NCBI RefSeq assembly: GCF_035594765.1
Contig: NC_085845.1
Coordinates: forward strand, 18,532,024-18,596,023
From: Anolis carolinensis
Taxonomy: Eukaryota
Direction: 5' to 3'
DNA: 64,000 bases
In this document: positions 37,237 to 49,700 of the stretch, piece by piece
Position numbering within the stretch: the first letter of the stretch is position 1
How the letters are laid out: every line of letters starts with the position of its first letter
Notes under the pieces: generated by a model
Databases searched by the model: none
Told to the model about the DNA's origin: nothing
The model's input: only the letters and a program-made list of their open reading frames with translations
Position numbers and translations under genes: made by a program

Positions 37237-37857
37237 CACTACGTAACACAATTTTTAATCCTGGGTTATAAATTTCATTTCCTAATTGGTTCTATCATAA
37301 AAAACCTTCTGCAAGACATCCTGCAGCATATTTTGCTATAGTTTTTCAATGAATAGAGTCTCAACCAAATCAACATAGCTTCTGACAGCAGCAAAAACAA
37401 AGTTTCTGGAATATAACAACTACTGTACTTTCAAAGTAAATACTGCACAAAGTAAGTGCTGGTGGCGCAGCAGGTTAAACCACTGAGCTGCTGAACTTGC
37501 TGACTGAAAAATTGGTGGTTTGAATCTGGGGAGTGGGGTGAGCTCCCACTGCTAGCCCCAGCTTCTGCCAACCTAGCAGTTCAAAAAAAATGCAAATGAG
37601 AGTAGATCAATAGGTACTGCTCTGGTGGGAAGGTAATGGCGCTTTATGCAATCATGCCAGCCACAGGACCTTGGAGGTGTCTACGGACAACGCTGGCTCT
37701 TCAGTTTAGAAATTTAGATGAGCACCAACCCCCAGAGTCAGACACAACTAGACTTAATGTCAGGGGAAAACTTTTACCTTTACCTATTGTACAATTAAAC
37801 AGGAAATAACACTTTCAAACCAGGAACAGATTTTTTTTCATATTAGGTTACATAGTG
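37237..37857. mobile_element. Non-autonomous DNA transposon with CACTA-like ends (Chapaev-type?), containing a Sauria SINE at about 37458-37785
   Basis: TIR CACTACGTAAC / GTTACATAGTG. Confidence 0.6.
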
Positions 37858-38279
37858 CCTTGTCTAAAATAACCCTTTTGTTATTTCGATGTGATAGTGA
37901 CCTGAGGCCTAGATATTCCTCCATATTGTCTCTGCCCTCTGAGCTGTTTAGAGATTATGATTTTGCAAACTCGTGTACCTTGTCTAGATATGTACGATAA
38001 CATATCGTGATACATCGCAAGAAGGAATCAATAACCTTGAAGGGCATGAGAATTTAATCTTGGAGACAGGCGTAAGATAAGCAATGGTGGGATAACCAAG
38101 GGTGGTGTGATGTTCAGAACATCTCAAAATATAAACAAGCAGGTTATACAAATGGCCTGAGCCAGGGCACAAATTGGGGCTTCAACAGGAGCCTCTGGCT
38201 GAGGTGTGGAAGGGGTCCATCCTTCTTCTCTATTGGGCTATTGAGAATGTCTTGCATGGTATGTGGTTTGCTTGCAAAA

Positions 38280-38895
38280 TCTGGCTACCAGTATTTTTTT
38301 AAAAACTCTAAAATCAGGACAGTGAATAAAGAATAACCCTCGGGAAACACGGGAATTCCAGGCATGAAACAATCGGGACTCAAAACACAGGTGTCTATAA
38401 TCTACAGTGAAACATAAAAAAGGAAAGTATGGTATATAGTATGTAAGTACTGTTAGTAATGTAATATTACTAACAATATTACATTACTAGTAAACAAGTG
38501 CCACTAAAAGTTGTTTATATAGAAAATAGTATTACATTGCTAACAATACTTACATACTATATACCATACTTTCCTTTTTTACGTTTCTATGAAGCAATTG
38601 GGGCCAGTTAACACCTCCTAACAAAGGACTCCCCCCAGGCAGGAAGCAGCCAGGCTTTGAAGCTGAAAGGCAATTCAATGCTAATCAAGTTGATCAGTTG
38701 CAACATTCACACTTTTCTCATACAAGAGTTCTTTCTCCCACCTTGAATATTGCACAGATATATAAACCCCACTTGCCTAGTTTCCAACAAACCTCACATC
38801 CTCTGAGGGTGCCTGTCACAGATGTGGGCGAAACGTCAGGAGAGAATGCTTCTGGAACATGGGTCATACTGCCCGGAAAACTCACAGCGACCCAA
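38280..38895 (+). mobile_element. Penelope pLTR fragment split by an AT-rich foldback
   Basis: Collinear with the other Penelope 3' ends on both sides of about 38380-38595. Confidence 0.75.
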
Positions 38896-39023
38896 AGCAA
38901 GGGCTAATCGGAGACGACCCTGCTCAGCTTCCAAGATCAGCCATAAAATCCAACTTGGATGTTAACTTTTTTCCCCTTTTGAAGAAAATAGAAAGTTACA
39001 GTGGCCACAGGAGCAACCAAAGT

Positions 39024-39037
39024 AGTTTCTGTTTCCC
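39024..39037. promoter_or_regulatory. ISRE in the HERC5-like promoter
   Basis: AGTTTCTGTTTCCC fits the consensus AGTTTCNNTTTCNY; about 280 nt upstream of the ATG; additional GAAA motifs at 39066-39095. Confidence 0.75.
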
Positions 39038-39312
39038 CGGAGGACGCGCCCCCTGTGAGGTTTCGAAACCAAAGGCACAAAAAGAAACTGGAAATCGGAA
39101 GGGAGAGCTCCCACCGCCTGAATAAAATCTCTTTCCTTCCAGAGCCGCGCCAGAAGCGGAGGAGGCTGAGCGGGACTGGTGCGCGTCTTCCAGCCTTGCT
39201 TTGGTGCAAAAGGACTTTCCTCTCTTCCTCCTTCTTAGGACTTGTGTTCTGCAAGAGGAGAGAGAACTGGGGTCTCCTCTGAGTTTCCCCCCACTAAACG
39301 GAACGGCTTAAG

Positions 39313-39646
39313 ATGCCCGCTGGGAAGAAACAACCCGCGAAGATGCCCAAAAGGGAAAAGATGCGAAGATGCCCGAAAGAGATGCCCAAGAAGAGGGAGA
39401 CTTTGGGTAAAGGCAAGGCGCCCTCCCAATCCGGCCCACCACCCACTCCATCCTCGGGCAAATCGATGGGGCTGAGGCTGTTCCCCGAAAGGGATCAGGT
39501 TTGCCGGGTTGACCCTGGAGCTATCCGACAGATCAGCTGCAAACACGGGTACCTGGCTGTCGTGGGGACGCAGAAGCGAGACGTGTTGGTGTTTGAGCCA
39601 GCAGCTGGGAAGCCAGGATGCCCAAATGCGGCCAGGAGGAAACCCA
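39313..39646 (+). CDS. HERC5: HERC5-like exon 1
   Basis: GC-rich; MPAGKKQPAKMPKREK...LRLFPERDQVCRVDPGAIRQISCKHGYLAVV; donor CCA|GTGAGT. The start codon is uncertain because several in-frame ATGs are present. Confidence 0.75.
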
Positions 39647-42600
39647 GTGAGTAGCCGAGGAAGGGACAGTGCTTGGACTACAACTCCCACATTCCTCGTC
39701 CAGGGAGTGGCTGGGAGTTGCAGTCCAGACAAAAAAAGGAAGAACCGCCTTTCCAATTTACGGGGTTCTCCTTGGTGATCATCACTTACTTGGTTGGTGG
39801 TTTACCCAGTCAATTTTAAACTATGCTTTTTACTTTGTATTTTGTTTGTATTGATGTTTTAACCTTTGCTCTATGTACAGTAGAGTCTCACTTATCCAAC
39901 ACTCGCTTATCCAACGTTCCGGATTATCCAATGCATTTTTGTAGTAAATGTTTTCAATATATTGTGATATTTTGGTGCTAAATTCGTAAATAAAGTAATT
40001 ACTACATAGCATAACAGTGTATTGAACTACTTTTTTGTCAAATTTGTTGTATAACATGATGTTTTGGTGCTTAATTTGTAAAATCATAACTTGATTTGAT
40101 GTTTAATAGGCTTTTCTTAATCCCTCCATATTATTCAACATATTCGCTTATCTAACGTTCTGCCGGCCCGTTTATGTTGGATAAGTGAGACTCTACTGTA
40201 TTTTAATACATGTATTTTAATGTTATTCTGTTTTATCTGTATGTTTTAACTTGAACCCTGAAAACGGGGTAACAAATACAATGTATTATATTGTAATATC
40301 ATTATTATCATGGGCTTGCTTGATTCCCGGCAGGACAAATGTGCTTTCATAGCAAGAGGGCCATCAGTTTAGACACTGTAAAAGTTAGGGCAATCCGAGT
40401 CCTTGAACTGCTCTGGCTCAGTGCTATCCAATCCTGGGCATTGTAGTTTTACAAGGACTTTGCCTTCCCTGCCAGAGAGTGCAGGTGGCTCACCAAACTA
40501 CAACTCCCATGTGTTGTTCAAGGCCGGAATCACTAGGTTGCTGTGAGTTTTCCAAGCTGGATGGCCATGAAGAAGCATTCTCTCCTGGCGTTTCACCCAC
40601 ATTTATGGCAGGCATCCTCAAAGGATGTGATGTCTGTTGAACCTTTCAGTTTGAAAGCCCAACTGTTTTCTGCCTGGAGGAATCCTTTGTTGGGAGGTGT
40701 TAGCTGGCCCTGATTGTTTCTTGTCTGGATTTCCCCAGTTTTTGAGTGTTGTTCTTTATTTACCGTCCTGATTTTAGAGGATTTTTAAAGATAATACTGG
40801 TAGGATTCCCTGTATTAAAAGGAGGAAACCATGAAAATGAACAACATCTGGCTACAAGTATTTTTTTAAAAAAAAAACACTCTAAAATTAGGAGAGTGAA
40901 TAAATAACAACACTCAAAACCAGGGGAATTCCAGATAGGAAACAATCAGGGCCAGATACTTACCTCCAAACAAAGTATTCCCCCAGGCAGGAAACAGGCA
41001 GGCTTTGAAGCAGAAAGGCCATTCAGTTCTAATCAAGGTGGTCAGTTGCAACATAATAATAATAAAACTTTATTTATACCCTACCACCATCTCCCCTGGG
41101 GACTCGGGGCGGCTCACAATGTTACAAAAGTAACAGCGCAAATACATTAACAATATATACAGTTTATAACACAAGAAGATGATAAAACAGAAGTTAAAAC
41201 AAAGGTTTATACAACAGTAATACAGTAGAGTCTCACTTATCGAAGCCTCGCTTATCCAAGTTTCTGGATTATCCAAGCCATTTTTGTAGTCAATGTTTTC
41301 AATATATCGTGATATTTTGGTGCTAAATTTGTAAATACAGTAATTACAACATAACATTACTGCGTATTGAACTGCTTTTTCTGTCAAATTTGTTGTAAAA
41401 CATGATATTTTGGTGCTTAATTTGTAAAATCATAACCTAATTTGATGTTTAATAGGCTTTTTCCTTAATCCCTCCTTATTATCAAAGATATTCACTTATC
41501 CAAGCTTCTGCCTGCCCGTTTAGCTTGGATAAGTGAGACTCTACTGTAATATCAAACAACCACCAATGCAATTCAGTCAACTTCAAAGGTTGGGGGGGGG
41601 GGGGGGGAACTATAGCAGCAATATAAGATAAAATCATTAGATTAAAATACCCCGATGAAAGGAACCTAATAACATTCAGAATAGAATTATAATGAGAACA
41701 TTCACACTTTCCTTAAACAGACAAGAGTTCTTTCTCCCACGCTGGGCATTCCACAGATATGTAAACTTCCTTTCTTAGTTTTCCCATATACCTCACAACC
41801 TCTGAGGATGCCTGACATAGATGTGGGTGAAACGTCAGGAGAGAATGCTTCTGGAACATGTCCATACAGCCCGAAAAACTCACAGCAACCCTACAACTCC
41901 CATGATTCCATAGCATTGAGCCATAGCAGTTAACGTGGCATCATTACTTCTACAATGTACATGTTCCCCATTGGTAGCTTAAACAGAAGGCTATTGAACA
42001 GGCATGGGAGGATAAGCTTTCGTAGAATCAGGGTGTATCACTGTAGAATTAATGCAGTTTGACACCACTTGAACTACAGTGGTTCAATGCTATGCAGTTT
42101 TCAAAGTTGTAGTTGCAGCACTCTTTGGCAAAGAAGGTTAAAGACTTTGCAGTTAGTTTAACTGGTGTCAAAAATTTGCAATTATTTGCAGATTTGCAAT
42201 TACTTGCAATGTGTTGATACACCCCTCACTGCTAAGAGATTTTTTGTCTCTGAAATAATCATAAAATTGATTGTAGTGGTCCTACTGGGTCATAGAGTGA
42301 TTTCCAAACTTCTTGGCCCTGGGTGTGTGTGTGTGTACGCCTTCCTGTCACCAAATTATGGCAACACCATGGATTTAGTAGAATTTCCTTAAAAATTAAA
42401 TTTTGGAGGTGGTTTTCTTCGAAATAAGACCTGTAAGTGGTCTCTGTCCAAAGTAATATTTGCCTGAGAAAATCCAATGAAATTCATGAGGTTGCCATAA
42501 ATCCACAAGTAACTTGCATAAACACATATGCAACCCAGTATTATGTTGAAAGAAGCCTTCAAATAATCTTTAGATTCAGAACAAATTTACACTAGGCCCC

Positions 42601-43708
42601 CCCAACTTGGGGTGCATCTACATTATAGAATTCAGTTTGGCACCACTTTAACAGCCATAGCTCAATGTTATGGAATCATGGGAGTTGCAGTTTTACAAGA
42701 TCTTTAGCCTTTCTTGCAAAAGAGTGCTGGTGCCTCACCAAACTATGAATCCCGTGATATTATATGTATGAGCCAAGTGGTATCGAACTGCATTAATTCT
42801 TCAGTGCAATGCACCCATGGTTATTTAATTTTGCATTTATGTAGTGTTAGTTTTGAATAACGGGTTTGTTGAAACGTGTTCTTTAGTTTTTTGAAGAGCC
42901 AGAACCCCATTTTTTCCATATTGCTTCTGCTTCTATTACTAACATGTTCTCTAAAGACTTTAACTTTCAGTCTTAGGCAGGAAAGTTACGAATTCTGGAA
43001 GTTTTAGTCAAACCACATCAGAAAGGCCTAATTTTCACCCGTTGTTTACATCATCGTGCCTTTCAGTTTCTATTCTGGAGATAGGACACCATGTGGACAT
43101 GTGTAATTATGTAATAATTTTTAAAAGATGTCATAGAGCAGACTAGGGATGCATCTAGATTGTGGAATTCATAGTTTGACACCACTTTAACAGCCATGAC
43201 TCAATCCTATGGAATCCTGGGAGTTGTAGTTTGGTGAGGCAACAAAAAAGCAGACTAAAGACCTTGTAAAACTACAACTCCTATGATTTCATCGCATTGA
43301 GCCATGGCACAAAATTTCACTAGTTTGCTATTTACAGCTTGATCTTTATTCTGTGCTGTTCAATTAATCAGAATTCTCAAAGTGATTTGAAAGCCAAATT
43401 ATAAAAACATGTATAAAGCTATGCCTGAGATTGTATTGTTCAATCTTGCAGAACACATCAAGTTGAAAAAGAACAGCAAAGTGGATTTGTTGGACTCTGA
43501 AGTATCTCACCTGCTCATCCTATCATCAGAAGGAAGACTTTCTGAACACAGTCTTGCATCCAGAAGTGTTAATTCAGAACCAAGGTAGGAGTCCCTCCAT
43601 TACATTGCATGACAATTATTTTTGGTGGTTCAAATGATCCTCAATCTGATGTGGGGCAGCAGCCCAGCACAACATTAAGGGGTAGATGCGGTTTTAATTC
43701 CATGTTTC

Positions 43709-43773
<65 letters not shown>

Positions 43774-46700
43774 ACATTTCTTTGTACTTGGTTTTACTCC
43801 CATTATCCAGACCAGATCATCTTAGTTGGCAGAGAGGTATATACTTGTTAATAAAAACATTAATAAAAACTTTCAAATCATTCTTGTTATGTCAGAGGTA
43901 GTGGTTTGAGCTTTAGACTGTGACTCTGGAGACTATTGTTTAAATCCCTGTCATGGAAACTCACTTGGTGGCCTTCAACAAGTCACACTCTCTCAGCCTC
44001 AAATGATGGCAAAGGCAACTCCCCCCTGAACAAGTCAGAAACTCCATTTAGGTACACAGATGAACATATTAGCATCCAGCACAACTTCTATGTGCATGAT
44101 ATGTTCCTGGACTTTATATGGATAGATGAAATCAGAGTGAACCCTATTGAAGTGAAGGACTTCTGGTTTAAGAATATTGCTGGAGGTACTAGAAAATGCT
44201 CAGAGGACCTATTTTGTCATATGTTGAAAAATGAATGCATGAATACTGGTCCTGCGGCTATGGATATGGGGATTGTACAAAACAGGCATTATGTTCATCT
44301 GCTCCCAATTTGGCGTTTTAAAATATAGCAAACCCATTCAAGTTTGTTTATAGTCCTCATATTCCAAAGGTATTTTCCCTCTTGATTCACTTGCCTAATT
44401 TATGGAGTACTTACAGAAATGTTGACACTTGATTGACACGTGTGTGCATTTTTTATAAAACAGATTACTGAAAGAATTAGGAAACAAGCGGATTGTTCAA
44501 ATTGCGTGTGGTGACCATCATTCTATGGCGCTTTCAGAAGGTATTAAGCATTTTTTATGTATCTCTAATTTTTTTTTTTGTTAAAAATCACAGAAAATTT
44601 AAAGCAATCATCTTAGAAGTGTGCCGTTAAACAACTTTGTCTGTTGTGCCATGCCTCAAGCTGAAAGGAGAGGGGGGTAAAAAATAAAAATAAAATCAGC
44701 CACAAAGTCAGACGGAGCCAGGCAGAATCAAGCCAGGCACTGGTCCGACCAAAAGACACCTATGTCCCTTCTACACTGCCATATAAAATCCAGATTATCT
44801 GATTTGAACTGGAGTAACTGCGCTCCGTGCAGTCATGCCAGCCACATGACCTTGGAGATGTCTATGGACAACCCTGGCTCTTCGGCTTAGAAATGGAGAT
44901 GAGCACCAACCCCCAGTTGGACACGACTGGACTTGTCAGGGGAAACCTTTACCTTTACCTATATGGCAGTGTAGATTCATATAATCCAGTTCAAAGCAGA
45001 TAATATGGATTTTCTGCTTTGATCATCTGGATTTGATCACTGGGTCCCTGGTGGTGGCGCAGTGTGTTAAAGCACTGAGCTGCTGAACTTGCAGACTGAA
45101 AGGTCAGCCGCTGTTAGCCCCAGCTCCTGCCAACCTAGCAGTTCGAAAACATGCAAATGTGAGTAGATCAATAGGTACCGCTCCGGCGGGAAGGTAACGG
45201 CGCTCCATGCAGTCATGCCGGCCACATGACCTTGGAGGTGTCTATGGACAACGCCGGCTCTTCGGCTTAGAAATGGAGATGAGCACCAACCCCCAGAGTC
45301 GGTCACGACTGGACTTAACGTCAGGGGAAAACCTTTACCTTTACCATCTGGATTATATGGCACTGTGGAATACTTTATATTGTTCCTGATGTTCAACCAA
45401 ATAACTTATGAATATTTTATCCATCTCTAGCGCGTACTTTAACTGATTCTTCATAACAGAGTTCATAGAGGGAACTCTGAGAGATATCATGCCTGAGGGA
45501 AATAGTCACACACCTTTTCAGGTGTTGCAGTCCACTGTGCATCCTCACTGAGACCTACACACAGACACCTGTTGAGAACCTCAGTGTGTATTGTATTCAG
45601 TCACATTGCTTCTTGTTGTATTAAGGAGGAGAACTCTTTGCCTGGGGTCAGAATGAATATGGTCAACTTGGAGTGGGAAGGAAGAGCAGCACTATTGGAC
45701 AACCACAGCCGGTGTGGCCTCTTGAAAACGTTCCTCTGGCCCAAATTGCAGCTGGTTCAGCTCACAGCATGGCTCTATCTTTGTCTGGCACTGTCTTTTC
45801 TTGGGGAAAGAATGCTTTTGGTCAACTGGGACTCGGAGACACAGCAGGTGAGGAAAAACTGATATAAATGTGATGGAATCTGTATCTGAGAAATACCTAT
45901 CAGTTAAATGAAAAGCGAGGCATATCTCCTTTAACAAAGCCTCTGGCAGCAAATATCCTTTTAACAAGTCTTTTAACACCTACTTAGACCTCTCTTTGAC
46001 TTCATCCTCTGTCTAGCTAGAAGTTTTTTAAGCAGCATTCCATTGTCAAGGTACAAGAGTATCTTTACAGTAAACAAAGCTTGCTTTGGGAATGTATCCA
46101 TACTGTAGAATTAGCACAGTTTGACACCACTTTAACCGCCATGGCTCAATGCTATGGAATCCTGGGAATTGTAGTTTGGTGAGGCAAGAGCGTACTTTGG
46201 CAGAGGCTAAACGCCTTGGAAAACAACACCTTCATTGATTTCATAGCGTTGAGCCATAACAGTTCAAGTGGCGTTGAACTGCATTCACCTAACAGGGTAG
46301 ATGCATCCTTAGTCTCTAGTTATTGTTAATGCATACAATACAAAGATACAATCAGCAACATTTTACATACAATTCCAGCTGTGTATATTCAGCTAGACAA
46401 AATCATTTCTAGGTATAGTGATAAACTATTTCATTATCTGTTTCGCTTCTTAAAGATCTACTGGCAATCTTTCAGCATGGTTCCATTTAACTTTTAATCC
46501 TATTTCAGAAAGATGCTTCCCTATGCATGTGAAGGCCTTGGAAGATAAGAGAATAGCATTCATTTCATGTGGCGGAGAACACACTGCAGTTCTTTCAAAG
46601 GTTTGCATGGGTTGTTGGTTTTATTAGCTTAGTAGCTTTACATTTCTAATGGACCTTTCGTAACTTCTGCCATTTTTTAAAGTTACCATAGACTACTACA

Positions 46701-49700
46701 TTACAGAAGAATTCATCCAAATCCCCCACGCTAATAGCCATAATGCAAAAAATATAGTCAGCCCTGCATATTCATGGATTTTGTATCCATCAATCATCAC
46801 TGCCAAACAGGATGGCGTCTCAACAAATAACAAATTCCAGGATTCCATAGCATTGAGCCATAGCAATTAAAAAGGTGTCAAACTGCATTAATTGTGCATG
46901 TGGCAGGGCTCAGCTTGCATTGTAATAAGTGGTCTGTGGTTTGCTCTTCTCCGCACATGCATGTTGTGGACTCCACTTTGTGGCCCCATTTCTTAAGGTT
47001 GGCTTTGCATCTCATGGTGCCAAAGTGCAGCCTGTTCAGCGCCTTCCAAAACACCCAGTCTTTTCTGTGCTCAGGAGGGAGTCTCTCATTTGATATCAGC
47101 CATGGCTTGAGGTTCTGGGTTTTAGCCTGCCACTTTTGGACTCTCGGTTGCTGAGGTGTTCCTGCGAGTATCTCTATAGATATTAGAAAACTATTTTTTT
47201 ATGGCATGCTGGCTGATATCTGAGCAGGGGATGGGCCAGAGATGTCACTGCCTTGGTCCTTTCATTGTTGGCTGCTACTTCCCATCGGATGTCAGGTGGT
47301 GGAATATCGGCTATACAGTACAATTTCTCCAGTGGTGGGGAGCATAGATGTCCTGTGATAATGTGGCATGTTTAATTAAGAACCACATCCACTGTTTTAA
47401 CATGGTGAGGTGTGTTCCACACTGGGCATGCATATTAAGCAGCAGAGTAGCAAAGCGCAAAGGCAGATGTCTTCACTGTGTCTGGCTGTGGTGCCAGTCA
47501 GCTTTCATATGATATTATTTATAGCACCCACTTTTTGCTTGATAGTCAAGCAGTGCTTCTTGCAAGTCAACCAGAAGTAACTTGCAAGGCAGAATATGAA
47601 TCCAATACATAAAAATAGAAGGAACAAACTGAATATGTTATAGAAAATAACGCATTATTAATTATTCAAAATTATCCATTTCCAGTATACTGAACCAGCA
47701 TGGTGTAATAGTTTGAGTGTTGTACTATGGGAAAGGGTTTGAATTTCCTCTTGGCCATGGAAACACACTGGCTGACCTTGGGCATGGCTCAGCCTCAGAG
47801 GAAAAGCAAAAACAAATTGCCTCAGAACAAATGTTGCCGAAAAACACACCATGATACATTTGCCATAGAGTTGTAATAAGTCAGGGAACAAACAACAAAT
47901 TGTGGTCCCAAAATTAAATTTTCCAAGCTCTTCCAAAGACCCTGGTACTATGTGTACTATTGTCTTCTGACAACTGTATTCAGAGAGAATTTCCCATACA
48001 AAGAGCAGCAGTAGAGAATTGGATGATATCTTTAACTTCTTGCCCTACCGTGACAAATGTTCCTTCTCTATGAATTATCAGCAGTTGTTTGTGCTGAGGA
48101 GTGACATTATTTTCTTTTGTCCGTGAAGGATGGGATGGTCTGCACCTTCGGAGATGGTAGCCATGGACAACTTGGTCACAACTCCAGATACAATGAATGG
48201 TTTCCACGTCTGGTGACAGAGCTGTCTGGGGCTCAAGTATCTCAGATAGCTTGTGGAAGGTAAGGCATGGCTAGTTCAGGGGAGAGCAGGGACCAGTTAT
48301 TAACATTTTTAAATATCTGCCAAAATTCTTTTAAGAAGCACCATAGTACAATTTGTCATGCTTTAAAAGCTACCAGTATTAATGGCAGGAAAGGCTTCTC
48401 ATCATCGGCAATGACCCCAAATCATAGGTTGATCCTGATCCACTGCACTGAGGAAATCACCAAATGCTTGACAAAACCCTTTCACTTCCATAGTAAAAGC
48501 TGTTTTGGGAGTTAGACTTGGAAACATTTGATGTCAGTAGAGATTCCACACATATTTTTCCTTTAATTCTGCTAATAGATGGCACACTCTTGTCTACGTC
48601 CCAAACCTCGGGGAAGTCTATTCTTTTGGATCTGGAGCAGAAGGACAGCTTGGAAAGGGGGAGAAATGTGACCGACTAATACCACTTCCTCTTGATTTGA
48701 CTGTGAATGGCCAAAAGATGATCCGAGGTAAATCGTGTGCTTTATTTGTACAAGTATAGTTGAGTTGTGTAGGTTGGAATCAAGAGAATTCTAAATTTAA
48801 GAAACACCTTTAAGTTGTTGCCCTTGGTGGCGCAGTGTATTAAACCGCTGAGCTGCTGACCAAAAGGTTGGCAGTTCGAATCCGGGGAGCGGGGTGAGCT
48901 CCCACTGTTAGCCCCAGCTTCTGCTAACCTAGTAGTTCAAAAACATGCAAACGTGGGTAGATCAATAGGTACCTTCCCGTTACCTTCTGGCGGGAAGGTA
49001 AAGGCATACCATGCAGTCATGCCGGCCACTTGATCTTGGAGGTGTCTACACACAATGCCAGCTCTTCAGCTTAGAAATGGAGATGAGCAGCAACCTCCAA
49101 CGACGAGACTGAATGTCAGGGGAAAACCTTTACCTTACTACCTTAATTTGGTGTTTCCCATTAGCTACAGCTGGTCCTCCACATTTGCAGCGTCCACTTC
49201 TGCAGATTTATTATTTGCAGATTAAATTAATATGTTCTTCTCGGAATCTCTAGGTCCTTAAGCATGACTCTATGGTCAGCCTCCTCCAGAGAGTTGTGTT
49301 GGATGACCTATAGATTTGTAAAAGGAACACTTCTCTAGGCATTGCAGGTCCTCCAATGTGATTCTGTGGTCACCTTTTTGTATATGTTGATCACAGAGTT
49401 GTGCTGAAGCACCTATAGATTCCAAGAAATGTGTTCTTTCAGATAAAAAGTAGAAGGGGATAACAGCTACTTTAAGAGAAAATGGCTGGACTAATAATTC
49501 TGTAATCATATTTTTGTCTTATGTTTGACATTGTAATTTCAAGAAACATTTCTATTTTCTGACAAAAAAAGTGCAAAATTGTTTAAATAACTTCTGATTA
49601 ATTGTTTACTTTACTATCTATTGTAGGAAAGAATATCCCGGAGGAAATGGTTAAAATCATTGCTGGAGAGGACCAAAGCATTGTGCTTCTGTTAAAGGAA

